Below are positions 1 through 9,344 of a stretch of DNA of 52,608 bases, one piece after another. The stretch comes from Rickettsiales bacterium (lineage in GTDB: Bacteria; Pseudomonadota; Alphaproteobacteria; Rickettsiales; UBA1997), in assembly GCA_047627215.1 (NCBI GenBank), contig JBLHTM010000003.1, positions 1 through 52,608 on the forward strand. The letters are read 5' to 3'. The notes beneath the pieces were generated by a model, which did no database searches, was not told the origin of the DNA, and was given only the letters and a program-made list of their open reading frames with translations. Positions within the stretch are counted from its first letter, which is position 1; each line of letters begins with the position of its first letter. A program made the position numbers and the translations under genes.

Positions 1-1157
1 TCATATTTACCAGATTTGATTGCGTCTTGCAATTCTTCTCCAACTTTTGCAGCCGACATTTCTGGCATCAAATCGTAGGTTCTCACTGACGGAGATTGAA
101 CCATGATCCGTTCCTCGCCGACATATTTGTCTTCTTTTCCACCACTAAAAAAGAAAGTTACGTGAGCATATTTTTCAGTTTCAGCGATTCTTGCTTGTGT
201 TAAATTTTTCTGCTCCAAAACTTCCCCAAGAGAGTTTCTGATTTTGATGGAAGGAAACAAAACCGAGAAATGTTGACTCAATTTATCCGAATAGGAAGTC
301 ATTGAGGCTTGGTCGGCAAATTTGATTTTTCGGGCTTTAAATTCATTAAAATTTTTATCAAGCAAACTGGTGGAAATTTGGCGAATTCGATCAGCTCTGA
401 AGCTCGCCATCAAGAGTGAATCTCCGTCTTTCATGCCGGAGTAATTTGCGGCGCAAACGGGAACTAAAAATTCGTCATTGACGTCATCTTGATAAGAATT
501 CTCAACCGCCGAAATTGGATCGTCAAATTTTGGTGCGTCAGCATCTACAATTGCTCTAAAAGCGGTCTCAATTCGATCCCATTTTTGATCTCGATCCATT
601 GAATAATATCGACCTGATAAGGTGGAAATTTCAATTTTAGGGAAATCTTTTATTTGTTCTTTTAAACTTTGAAGATGGGTCATGGCACTTTTTTGGGCAA
701 CATCTCTGCCATCCAAAAAGCAATGAAGTTTCACATTTACTCCATTTTCGGCCAAAGTTTTTGCCAGAAAAATGACATGATCAATGTGGCAATGAACTCC
801 TCCGTCAGAGAACATTCCCATCAAATGGCAGGTTTTTGATGATTGGATTAATTTTTGTAAATCTAAATTTTTGGCAAGAGATCCATCTTTTATGGCATTA
901 TTTATGCGCGGCAAATCTTGAAAAATAATTCTCCCCGAGCCAATGCACACATGACCAACTTCTGAATTTCCCATTTGACCTTCTGGCAAACCAACGTCAA
1001 GTCCTGAAGTTCCTAATTTTGAGTGAGGAAAATTTGTTAAAATTTGATCAAAATTTGGAGTTTTAGCTCGCGCAATTGCGTTGTCAGCGGCATTCTCATC
1101 GCCAATTCCCCATCCATCCAGAATGCACAGCAAAACTGGTTTTTTAACATTATCCAT
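1..1157 (-). CDS. gpmI: 2,3-bisphosphoglycerate-independent phosphoglycerate mutase. It is 3'-truncated by the window edge, so only the N-terminal ~385 aa are present.
   Basis: Not in the ORF track because it runs off the window. My reverse-strand translation from the ATG at 1157..1155 gives MDNVKKPVLLCILDGWGIGDE...GQMGNSEVGHVCIGSGRII...GMFSDGGVHCHIDH...LDGRDV...SGRYYSMDRDQKWDR...AETEKYAHVTFFFSGG. These are the characteristic iPGM metal-binding and phosphoserine motifs. Confidence 0.85.
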   Translation of the reverse strand, partial: MDNVKKPVLLCILDGWGIGDENAADNAIARAKTPNFDQILTNFPHSKLGTSGLDVGLPEGQMGNSEVGHVCIGSGRIIFQDLPRINNAIKDGSLAKNLDLQKLIQSSKTCHLMGMFSDGGVHCHIDHVIFLAKTLAENGVNVKLHCFLDGRDVAQKSAMTHLQSLKEQIKDFPKIEISTLSGRYYSMDRDQKWDRIETAFRAIVDADAPKFDDPISAVENSYQDDVNDEFLVPVCAANYSGMKDGDSLLMASFRADRIRQISTSLLDKNFNEFKARKIKFADQASMTSYSDKLSQHFSVLFPSIKIRNSLGEVLEQKNLTQARIAETEKYAHVTFFFSGGKEDKYVGEERIMVQSPSVRTYDLMPEMSAAKVGEELQDAIKSGKY

Positions 1158-1242
1158 ATTGTTGATTTTAAGTAGTTGTGCAGTTAGATTATTTGCTTCA
1201 TTTTGAGCGCCACAAATTATCAATTTAATCCTCCTAAAATCA

Positions 1243-2148
1243 ATGGAAACAACTCATTATCTTCCCAAAGTTCGCGGCAAATATCGCTACAATGTTGATT
1301 TGTCGAAAACCACTTGGTTTGGAGTTGGTGGTCCGGCTCAAATTTTATTCCTCCCTAAAGACGCTGATGATTTGGTGCATTTTTTAAAAAATAAACCCAA
1401 TGATTTGAAGGTTACCATTCTTGGCGCCAGTTCCAATGTAATCATTAAAGACGGAGGAATTGAAGGGGTGGTCATTAAACTTGGCGGTGAATTTGCTAAA
1501 TTTTCTCACCAAGAAAACGAAATTACGATTGGAGCGGGAAATTTATGTTTCAATGCCGCTCTTTACACCAAAATCAATGGTCTTGCGGGTTTGGAATTTA
1601 TGTCCTCAATTCCTGGAAATGTTGGAGGAGCAATCGCCATGAATGCTGGTTGCTACGATGGAGACATTTCCAAGCAACTAATTTCCGCCACCGCGATTGA
1701 TTTTGATGGCAATGTTTTAGAAATTGCTAATGAAGATTTTGGTTTTAAATATCGCGGAAATTCTTTGCCTAAAAATCTAATTTTTATCAAAGGAGTTTTT
1801 TCGGTTGAAAAATCCACAACCAAAGAAGTCGGAGCAAAAATTGCTGATTTTGCCGCCAAAAGAGAAGCGTCTCAACCAATTCGTCAGAAAACCGGCGGCA
1901 GCACATTCAAAAATCCTGATCAAATAAAATCCGGCGGAAGGAGTGCGTGGCAGATAGTTGATGAAGCGGGGTGTCGGGGATTAAAAGTTGGTGACGCACA
2001 AGTGTCGGAAAAACACTGCAATTTCATGATTAACACTGGAGATGCAAAAGCCCAAGATTTGATTGATTTGGGAAATTTAGTGATTGATAAAGTTAAGGAA
2101 AAAACCGGAATTGAACTTGAGTGGGAAATAAAGCGGATTGGTAAGTGA
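1243..2148 (+). CDS. murB: UDP-N-acetylenolpyruvoylglucosamine reductase
   Basis: 301-aa ORF with an FAD-binding PCMH-type N-terminus (TWFGVGGPAQILFLPKD, LGASSNVII), a GGSTFKNP motif and the MurB C-terminal domain (AQVSEKHCNFMINTG). Confidence 0.9.
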   Translation: METTHYLPKVRGKYRYNVDLSKTTWFGVGGPAQILFLPKDADDLVHFLKNKPNDLKVTILGASSNVIIKDGGIEGVVIKLGGEFAKFSHQENEITIGAGNLCFNAALYTKINGLAGLEFMSSIPGNVGGAIAMNAGCYDGDISKQLISATAIDFDGNVLEIANEDFGFKYRGNSLPKNLIFIKGVFSVEKSTTKEVGAKIADFAAKREASQPIRQKTGGSTFKNPDQIKSGGRSAWQIVDEAGCRGLKVGDAQVSEKHCNFMINTGDAKAQDLIDLGNLVIDKVKEKTGIELEWEIKRIGK

Positions 2149-2287
2149 TATTGTTCACTTTTTAAATATTATTCACCAGATTGTGTAGTGGATTAAAGAG
2201 TGTTTGGGCTCCTAAAAATTATAAAATCATTTTTAGCTAGTTGTTGTGAGGTCGATATTTAGAACTGCCTTGTGTAAATAATGAAAT

Positions 2288-2361
2288 TGGAGCGGGTGAA
2301 GGGAATTGAACCCTCGCGACTAGCTTGGAAGGCTAGGGCTCTACCACTGAGCTACACCCGC
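2288..2361 (-). tRNA. tRNA-Gly (anticodon UCC), CCA encoded
   Basis: The reverse complement reads gcgggtg-ta-gctcagtggtagagc-c-ctagc-cttccaa-gctag-...-ttcaatt-...-cacccgc-t-cca. It has a 7-bp acceptor stem, D, anticodon and T arms, and a 7-nt anticodon loop with central TCC. Confidence 0.9.
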
Positions 2362-2426
2362 AGAAGAAAAATTGTAAAAGCAATAAAGAAAATATTACCA
2401 GACTTACAATTCATCACTAATTTTTG

Positions 2427-2512
2427 TGGTGGAGAGAGAAGGATTTGAACCTTCGTACGCTTACGCGGACAGATTTACAGTCTGTTGCCATTGACCACTC
2501 GGCCACCTCTCC
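2427..2512 (-). tRNA. tRNA-Tyr (anticodon GUA), long variable arm, CCA encoded
   Basis: The reverse complement reads ggagaggtggccgagtggtcaatggcaacagactgtaaatctgt-ccgcgtaagcgtac-gaaggttcaaatccttctctctccacca. The anticodon loop is ctGTAaa, and the long extra arm is typical of bacterial tRNA-Tyr. Confidence 0.9.
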
Positions 2513-2555
2513 TCTAAATTAGGAGAATGGTTTTTACAGGATATCTTTTATCAAG

Positions 2556-3218
2556 TCAAATTTTGATTACTTCTTTTATTAGAGGAATCGTAATATTTCT
2601 CTTTCTTTCCAAAGAATAAAACTCCAACAATCTTACCACATCAAAAACAGTGGCGAAGTCTCTTTTGAGATTCTTAGCCAAAAAGTCGATGACTTTATTA
2701 TCCACTTGCAGCTGTTTGGTGGAGAAATTTTTGATTAATAGCATTTTGATCAAATCATCGTCAGGTTTTTCTATGTTTAACTGGAAAACATTCTTTAGGC
2801 GCGAATTGAGATCATTTATGGCGTAGCCAAGTGAAAAAAGATCTGACTTAGAAGTCATCATCAAATAAGAGGATTTTTCTTGTGCTAGATTGAAAACCTG
2901 CAAGAGCAATTCTTGGTTTTTTATTTCATCGATGTTTTCAATGATGTAGAAGCTTTTTGCTTTGATTATTTTGATTAGGTTGGTGTTTTCTAGGTCTTTT
3001 AGGTCAAGAAACTCTGCTTTGTGTTTTTTGCCCCAAATATTGGCTAAATGGCTTTTTCCGGCAAATTTTGGCGCCTTAATGGCGAATATTTCTGGAAAAG
3101 ATTGATTTTTTGGGTCAAAATTGACAACAAAATCAAAGGCAGATTTGTTGCAATCAGATTTCAGAAAATCTGCCGATAAATATCTTTCTTGGGTTGGAAA
3201 ATTGAAGCTAAGTTGCAA
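2556..3218 (-). CDS. hda: DnaA regulatory inactivator Hda/HdaA (DnaA-related AAA+ protein)
   Basis: 220 aa. It has an N-terminal QLSFNF (a QL[SD]LF-type beta-clamp-binding motif), a degenerate P-loop (PKFAGKSHLANIW), a box-VII-like region, and the size and architecture of Hda. Confidence 0.7.
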   Translation of the reverse strand: MQLSFNFPTQERYLSADFLKSDCNKSAFDFVVNFDPKNQSFPEIFAIKAPKFAGKSHLANIWGKKHKAEFLDLKDLENTNLIKIIKAKSFYIIENIDEIKNQELLLQVFNLAQEKSSYLMMTSKSDLFSLGYAINDLNSRLKNVFQLNIEKPDDDLIKMLLIKNFSTKQLQVDNKVIDFLAKNLKRDFATVFDVVRLLEFYSLERKRNITIPLIKEVIKI

Positions 3219-3427
3219 TTTGGGAAAATGGTTGAGTTTATCGCAAGAGCAGGTAATTTATAAAAAATTATCTTTATGGCAAGCTGAATCTTGGTGATAA
3301 AATAAATTTGTTTAAAATAATATCTTTAATCAGTGTCCAGTGGGACAAAAAATGATATCCTGCCAATCCTTTGTTTAAAAGTGTTGGTGATTCGTTACCT
3401 TCCTAAAAATCATTAAAAACTATTAAT

Positions 3428-4843
3428 ATGTCTAAAAAATTCGATCTTTGTATTATTGGCGCTGGACCTGGTGGATATGTTGCGGCGATTCGCGCTTCTC
3501 AGCTTGGCTTGAAAGTTGCAATTATTGAGGCCAACCACTTGGGTGGAATTTGCTTGAATTGGGGCTGTATTCCAACAAAAGCTTTGCTTCGCACTTCTGA
3601 AATAAATCATCTTTTACACAATTTGGATCAATTCGGTTTTTCAGTTGGAGAAATAAAATTCGATTTTAATAAAATCATCGAGCGCTCAAGAGGTGTTGCT
3701 GCAAAACTAAGTGGTGGAATTGCCGGTCTTTTGAAAAAAAACAAAGTTGAAGTTATTTCTGGTTTTGGAAAATTGCTTGGAAATAATAAAATTTCGATCA
3801 GCAAAGATGGAAAAGAAATTGAAGTTGTTGAATCTAAAAATATCATCATTGCAACTGGAGCTAGAGCTAGAGACATTCCTGGAATGGAGGCTGACGCTGA
3901 TTTGATTTGGAATTATCGCACAGCAATGACTCCAAAGGAACTTCCAAAATCAATTTTGGTTGTTGGTTCTGGTGCAATTGGTGTTGAATTTGCCAGCTTC
4001 TACAAAAACATGGGAACCCAAGTTACTATTGTTGAGATGGCAGAAAATGTTTTGCCAGTTGAAGATGAGGAAATCTCAAAATTAGCGCGCAAATCTTTTG
4101 AAAAGCAAGGAATTAAAATTCACACTTCAGCGGCTTTAAAATCAATCACCAAAGGAAAAAATCAAATTACTGCGCAAGTTGAGATTGGCGGAAAAATTGA
4201 GAAAATTACGGCTGAGAAAATAATAATGGCAGTTGGAATTGTTCCAAATCTTGAAAATATTGGTTTAGATAAAACCAAAATCAAGTTGGATCGTGGTTTT
4301 GTTAAAACTGATGGATTTTGTCAAACTGACGAGAAAGGAATTTATGCCATTGGTGACATTGCCTCTGCTCCTTGGCTTGCTCACAAAGCATCTCATGAAG
4401 GTGTTGTTGCTGCGGAAAAAATTGCTGAGAAAATGGGTAAATACAATGCCAAAGATACTCATCCAATCAAGCCAGAAAATATCCCGGGTTGCACATATTC
4501 AATGCCACAAATTGCATCAATTGGCTTAACTGAGAAAAAAGCTAAGGAAAAAGGATTGAAATTCAAAGTTGGCAGATTCCCTTACACGGGCAACGGAAAA
4601 GCCATTGCAATGGGAGAAACAGAGGGTTTGATCAAAACAATTTTTGACGAAAAAACCGGAGAACTTTTGGGGGCACATTTGATTGGCGCGGAAGTGACTG
4701 AAATGATTCAAGGATATGTGATTGGTAAGCAAGCTGAGCTTACTGAGCTTGATTTTATGCACACAATTTTTCCACACCCAACTTTGTCGGAAATGATGCA
4801 TGAGTCAGTTTTGGATGCTTTTGGTAAAGTTATCCATTCTTAA
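3428..4843 (+). CDS. lpdA: Dihydrolipoyl dehydrogenase (E3 component)
   Basis: 471 aa with an FAD fold (IIGAGPGGYVAAIRA), a redox-active disulfide (GGICLNWGCIPTKALL), an NAD fold (VVGSGAIGVEFA) and a C-terminal dimerisation motif (HPHPTLSE). Confidence 0.92.
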   Translation: MSKKFDLCIIGAGPGGYVAAIRASQLGLKVAIIEANHLGGICLNWGCIPTKALLRTSEINHLLHNLDQFGFSVGEIKFDFNKIIERSRGVAAKLSGGIAGLLKKNKVEVISGFGKLLGNNKISISKDGKEIEVVESKNIIIATGARARDIPGMEADADLIWNYRTAMTPKELPKSILVVGSGAIGVEFASFYKNMGTQVTIVEMAENVLPVEDEEISKLARKSFEKQGIKIHTSAALKSITKGKNQITAQVEIGGKIEKITAEKIIMAVGIVPNLENIGLDKTKIKLDRGFVKTDGFCQTDEKGIYAIGDIASAPWLAHKASHEGVVAAEKIAEKMGKYNAKDTHPIKPENIPGCTYSMPQIASIGLTEKKAKEKGLKFKVGRFPYTGNGKAIAMGETEGLIKTIFDEKTGELLGAHLIGAEVTEMIQGYVIGKQAELTELDFMHTIFPHPTLSEMMHESVLDAFGKVIHS

Positions 4844-4906
4844 ATTTTCTTTCTAGTTTGCTGCGCCTAAAAGCCCTTGTAATGATATGGTTGGAGAAAA
4901 TAGTCA

Positions 4907-5692
4907 TTGCTCACAAGGATCTTTGTCTTTGCGGCAAGCCAGAAAAATAGAACTTTTTTATCTAACTTTAAATTTTTCTATCTTTTGATTAACAAATTTT
5001 CTCACCAAAAATTCATAATTGATCATCATTCAGAAATTTCTAGTACTAATGATTTCGCATTAGAATTGATAAAAAATAATCAGGCGATTTCAAATCAGGT
5101 TATTTTATCCGATGCGCAAAATGGAGGAAAAGGCAGACTTGGAAGAAGCTGGATTTCTCCGCAGGGGAATCTTTATTTTTCAATAATATTAAAAATACCA
5201 GAGGGTATTGATTTTTCTAATTTGTCTTTTGTGGCCGCGGTTGCTCTTGGAGAGGCTATTAATTTGAAGAAAATTAATTACAAGTGGCCAAATGACATTT
5301 TGCTTGAGGGCAAAAAAATAGCTGGGATATTGTTGGAAAAAGATGGAGATTTTTTGGTTATTGGAATTGGAGTAAATTTAATTTCTAATCCGACAAAAAC
5401 TAATTATCCGGCAGGAAATTTGAAAGACTTGGGAATTGATTTAGAAAAAACGGATTTACTAAAATCATTTTTGGATCAATTTTCCAATCTGCAACAAAAA
5501 TGGCATAGTTTTGGCTTCTCGCCAATTAGAAACCTATGGCTTTTAAGGGCTTGGAATGTTGGAAAAGAAATTAACGCCAATTTACAAAATGAGTCGATCA
5601 AAGGGATTTTTAAAGATCTGGATCAAAATGGAAATCTGATTTTGAATGTTGATAATCAAGATTTGATTATTTCTTCAGGGGAAATTTTTTAA
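4907..5692 (+). CDS. birA: Biotin--[acetyl-CoA-carboxylase] ligase (group I, no HTH). The start codon is uncertain: TTG at 4907 or the in-frame TTG at 4985.
   Basis: It has the biotin-ligase motif GGKGRLGRSWISPQGNLYFS, KWPNDILLEGKKIAGILLE and a C-terminal SH3-like tail. There is no internal ATG near the N-terminus. Confidence 0.8.
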   Translation: MLTRIFVFAASQKNRTFLSNFKFFYLLINKFSHQKFIIDHHSEISSTNDFALELIKNNQAISNQVILSDAQNGGKGRLGRSWISPQGNLYFSIILKIPEGIDFSNLSFVAAVALGEAINLKKINYKWPNDILLEGKKIAGILLEKDGDFLVIGIGVNLISNPTKTNYPAGNLKDLGIDLEKTDLLKSFLDQFSNLQQKWHSFGFSPIRNLWLLRAWNVGKEINANLQNESIKGIFKDLDQNGNLILNVDNQDLIISSGEIF

Positions 5693-5712
5693 AAAATTAA
5701 TTTACAGTAAAT

Positions 5713-8118
5713 ATGGCTAAAGTCATTCTAAGACGAGCTAAAAAGCAAAAAGCCGATCCAAAATCCAACCTTAAGTCCAAACAATATGATGAGGATTTTA
5801 TCCCCTTTGTTTGCCATTTTGATGAAAACACCATTCTAACCAAAAACGGCGAGCTTTTGCAGGTCATCAAAATCACCGGTTTTAACCATGAATCAATCAG
5901 CTCTGAACTGGTGACTTTGAGAGAAACCGTTCGTGAGGCGATACATGGCAACATCAAGACAAGCGATTTTGCGATCTGGCTGCATACCATTCGAAGAAAG
6001 AAAAATATTGCTCCAGAAGGTGATTTTGATGATTATTTTTCCAATAAGCTAAATGACGATTGGCACAAAGCGAACGGTTGGGAAAATCAATTTGTCAACG
6101 AGCTCTATTTGACAATCATTATCCAAGGTCGTGATACTTCAATAATAAATTTTCAATCTCTATTGCGCTCCTTTTCTATTGGAGCAACCAATAATTTGCA
6201 TATCAAATCATTAGAATCTGCTCATGAAAAACTATCTACCACCACAGATGGTCTTCTGGAGGAGTTGGATCATTACGGCGCTAGATTGCTTGGAATTAAA
6301 GAATGGGATGGTGTTTTATATTCAGAGCCAATGCATTTCTTTGATAAGATTGTTAACTTAAAAGAAGAGCGATTTCCGCTTAGGGCTAACGACATTTCTA
6401 GTGACTTATCGAACTCAAAAATCGCCTTCGGAAATCAAAGTTTGGAGGTTTCTAGGAAGGACAGCAAAAATTTTGCAACCATGCTCTCCATTAAGGAATA
6501 TCGTGAAGTTTCGATTGAGGCTTTAGAAAAGTTCATCCAGCTTCCTCAGGAATTTATCGTTACCCAATCTTTAGATTTTATTAGTCGAGATCAGGCTTTG
6601 CCTTATTTTGAATATCAAAATTATATTCTGGAAGTTAGTGGGGATGAAGAGTTCCGCTATCTTTCTGACATAGAACACACGATCGAAAGTGATACTGAAA
6701 GTCCGACTGACTATGCTCAGCAGCAAATAACCATCATGCTTATTAATGACAGCGTCTCTGGTTTGGAAAATGATACTAAAAGCGCGTTGATGAAATTACA
6801 CTCCTTGGGTTTGGTTTCAATTCGCGAAGACACATTCTCCGAGCATTGCTTTTGGTCACAATTACCTGGAAATTTTCAGTTCCTAAGGAGGCAAAATCCA
6901 ATTACCACCAACAGAGTTGCCGGATTTGCTTCACTGCAAAATTTTCCGGTTGGAAATAGAATTCGTAATCATTGGGGAAGCGCGGTAAGTATTTTTAGAA
7001 CTATTCTGGGAACTCCGTATTTTTTCAATTTCCATAATGGGGATAACGGACATACTTTGATTGTTGGCCCGCACAAATCAGGAAAAACGGTTCTGTTGAA
7101 CTTTCTAACCAGCCAATCACGAAAATTTAAAAATAAATTATATTATTTTGGCTATCGCAGATCGGGAAATATTTTCATCAATTCAATTCAAGGAAATTAT
7201 TTATCCATTAGAGAAGATATAAATGATGAAAAGCGCCTAAAAATGAACCCGCTTTTATTGCCAGACAATTTGGAAAATAGAAAATTCTTATCCGTTTGGA
7301 TTGGCTCTTTGGTTAATTATGGGAAAGAGCCAATAAGACCGGATGAGCTAAAATTTATACCAACTATTGTTGATAAGATAGTTGATTCAAAAACCACAAA
7401 CTTATCTAAGGCGGCCGATTTTTTTAAAAAGAAATCTACGCAGAATATCTATAAAAAACTCTCAATTTGGCATGGAAAAGGTAAATATTCTTATATTTTT
7501 GACAATCTTGAAGAGAGTGATTTGTCAATAAATTTGGTGAATGCCTTTAATTTAACGTCAATATTGGACTTTAAGCCGATAGTAACTTCCATCGCTTGTT
7601 ATTTGATGCATAAAATCGAATCATTGCTAGACGGAGACAAGGTGATGATTGTCTTGGATGAGGCCTGGGAGATGCTTGATAATTACATTACAGGACCTGC
7701 TATTAATGAATGGTTGGCTCGCCTACGAAAGAAAAACTGTATTGTTATTTTTGCGACTCAAAGCATAAAAGATGGCGCATCTAGCAGCATAACCCATAAA
7801 ATTCACCAAAATCTTGCGACTCAAATTTTCTTTCCAGACCCCGAGCCAACGCAGTATTATAAGAGTGTTTTTGGTCTTAATGATTCAGAATTTGAATTAC
7901 TTTCGGTAATGAATAAAAATAATTATCACTTTTTGTTTAAATATGCCGACAATTCAGTTGTGGCATCTTTGGATCTTAGTGATTTGTACGATAATGTGGC
8001 CGTCCTTTCTTCTAAGAATGAGACTTTAAGTGCCATGGAAGAGGCTATAAATAAATTTGGCAGCCAAACCAAGGATTGGTTGCCAGAGTTTTTTAGAACT
8101 ACAAATTTGGTGGATTAA
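5713..8118 (+). CDS. virB4: Type IV secretion system ATPase VirB4/TrbE family
   Basis: 801 aa with a VirB4 N-terminal domain (IPFVCHFDENTILTKNGELLQVIKITG), Walker A (GPHKSGKTVLLNF), Walker B (MIVLDEAWEML) and the conserved IFATQS and FFPDP motifs. Confidence 0.85.
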   Translation: MAKVILRRAKKQKADPKSNLKSKQYDEDFIPFVCHFDENTILTKNGELLQVIKITGFNHESISSELVTLRETVREAIHGNIKTSDFAIWLHTIRRKKNIAPEGDFDDYFSNKLNDDWHKANGWENQFVNELYLTIIIQGRDTSIINFQSLLRSFSIGATNNLHIKSLESAHEKLSTTTDGLLEELDHYGARLLGIKEWDGVLYSEPMHFFDKIVNLKEERFPLRANDISSDLSNSKIAFGNQSLEVSRKDSKNFATMLSIKEYREVSIEALEKFIQLPQEFIVTQSLDFISRDQALPYFEYQNYILEVSGDEEFRYLSDIEHTIESDTESPTDYAQQQITIMLINDSVSGLENDTKSALMKLHSLGLVSIREDTFSEHCFWSQLPGNFQFLRRQNPITTNRVAGFASLQNFPVGNRIRNHWGSAVSIFRTILGTPYFFNFHNGDNGHTLIVGPHKSGKTVLLNFLTSQSRKFKNKLYYFGYRRSGNIFINSIQGNYLSIREDINDEKRLKMNPLLLPDNLENRKFLSVWIGSLVNYGKEPIRPDELKFIPTIVDKIVDSKTTNLSKAADFFKKKSTQNIYKKLSIWHGKGKYSYIFDNLEESDLSINLVNAFNLTSILDFKPIVTSIACYLMHKIESLLDGDKVMIVLDEAWEMLDNYITGPAINEWLARLRKKNCIVIFATQSIKDGASSSITHKIHQNLATQIFFPDPEPTQYYKSVFGLNDSEFELLSVMNKNNYHFLFKYADNSVVASLDLSDLYDNVAVLSSKNETLSAMEEAINKFGSQTKDWLPEFFRTTNLVD

Positions 8119-8281
8119 AAGTGACTATTCACATCCAGATCGTTGTGGACAGGTTGTGATTCGTGATTTCCCCTGATAATGAATCACCAATGAACCAAGG
8201 TAGTTTTTTTTATTGACTTTAACCTCACCCTAATTTAGTCTGCCGCGCTCTTAATTTTTCTTTATACTTACCTTTAAAATC

Positions 8282-8749
8282 ATGGTTCAAACTACTTACT
8301 CAGCCAAAACCGCTGAAGTTCAAAAAAAATGGCTAATCATCGATGCCACAGATTTAGTTTTAGGTAGAGTCTCTACCATCGTTGCAAAAATATTGCGCGG
8401 AAAGCATAAGCCAATGTTTACTCCCCATATCGATTGTGGTGACAATGTCATCATCATCAATGCAGAAAAGATTCATTTGACCGGCAAAAAACTAGCTGAA
8501 AAAACATATTACTGGCATACTGGATACCCAGGTGGGATCAAATCTCGTACTGCAGAAAAAATAATGGAAGGAAAATTCCCAGAAAGAATTTTGCAAAGCT
8601 CTATTGAAAGAATGATTGGAAGAACTCCACTTGGTCGTGACCAACTTAGAAAACTTCACATCTATCAAGGGGATTCGCATCCTCACCAGGCTCAAAAACC
8701 AGAAATTCTAGACATTGCGTCTTTGAATCCCAAAAACTCAAAACGTTAA
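8282..8749 (+). CDS. rplM: 50S ribosomal protein L13
   Basis: 155 aa. [46 protein letters not shown] is a canonical L13 sequence. Confidence 0.95.
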   Translation: MVQTTYSAKTAEVQKKWLIIDATDLVLGRVSTIVAKILRGKHKPMFTPHIDCGDNVIIINAEKIHLTGKKLAEKTYYWHTGYPGGIKSRTAEKIMEGKFPERILQSSIERMIGRTPLGRDQLRKLHIYQGDSHPHQAQKPEILDIASLNPKNSKR

Positions 8750-8767
8750 TCTTAACTAAAAATAGAT

Positions 8768-9259
8768 ATGTCAAACATAAAAGAAGCGATCATCGAAGCT
8801 ACTAATATTATTAACACAGAAAACACAGCAGAGATCAGAGAGCGAATTGTTGACAATTTGGATAGATCCTATTCAACTGGCAAAAGAAAAAACTCAATTG
8901 CTAAGGTTTGGATCAAAAAAGGAACTGGTAAATTTGAACTAAAAGGGAAAACTAAAAAAATTAAAGATTTACAAACTTACTTTGGAAGAGAAATTCTTTG
9001 CACGATTGTTAACCAGCCATTGGTTGCAACGGGCAATGAAAATAAATTTGATATTCAAGCAAGTTTAATTGGTGGTGGACTTTCTGGTCAAGCTGGAGCA
9101 TTACTACTCGGAATCAGTAAAGCATTGGTTTGTTTTGATCCTGAAACTCACAAAGCATTGCGCGCCGCTGGTTTCTTAACAAGAGATTCTAGAGTTGTTG
9201 AAAGAAAGAAATACGGCCTTAAGAAAGCTAGAAAAGCTCAAACTTATCGTAAGAGATAG
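8768..9259 (+). CDS. rpsI: 30S ribosomal protein S9
   Basis: 163 aa with the C-terminal S9 signature GGGLSGQAGALLLGISKAL...RDSRVVERKKYGLKKARKAQTYRKR. It follows rplM, as in the conserved rplM-rpsI operon. Confidence 0.95.
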   Translation: MSNIKEAIIEATNIINTENTAEIRERIVDNLDRSYSTGKRKNSIAKVWIKKGTGKFELKGKTKKIKDLQTYFGREILCTIVNQPLVATGNENKFDIQASLIGGGLSGQAGALLLGISKALVCFDPETHKALRAAGFLTRDSRVVERKKYGLKKARKAQTYRKR

Positions 9260-9270
9260 GATTTTAATTG

Positions 9271-9323
9271 TTAATGTTTACTGTTTAATGATTACTATAA
9301 TATCATTAGTCAGTAAACATTAA
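9271..9323 (+). terminator. Long AT-rich hairpin downstream of rpsI (candidate intrinsic terminator or operon boundary)
   Basis: ttaatgtttactg (9271-9283) pairs perfectly with cagtaaacattaa (9311-9323), with a nested aatgat/atcatt stem. It starts 12 nt after the rpsI stop. There is no clean T-tract after it. Confidence 0.4.
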
Positions 9324-9344
9324 TAATTAACTATTGTTCCAAAT

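Noticed and set aside
2690-2710. A DnaA-box-like 9-mer (ttatccact) inside hda, and a similar tatccaca near 23885.
   Set aside because: These are single, isolated near-matches inside coding sequence, with no clustering or adjacent AT-rich unwinding element. There is no evidence for an origin here.
5697-5990. Antisense or shadow ORFs from the six-frame track that lie inside well-supported genes. Examples are 5697..5990, 12013..12390, 13024..13302, 16451..16762, 22238..22591, 34946..35545, 38171..38719, 44508..44822 and 49253..49567.
   Set aside because: Each is fully embedded in, or antisense to, a gene with strong family motifs. Their translations are low-complexity with no recognisable motifs. 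They are the usual artefact of long stop-free antisense frames.
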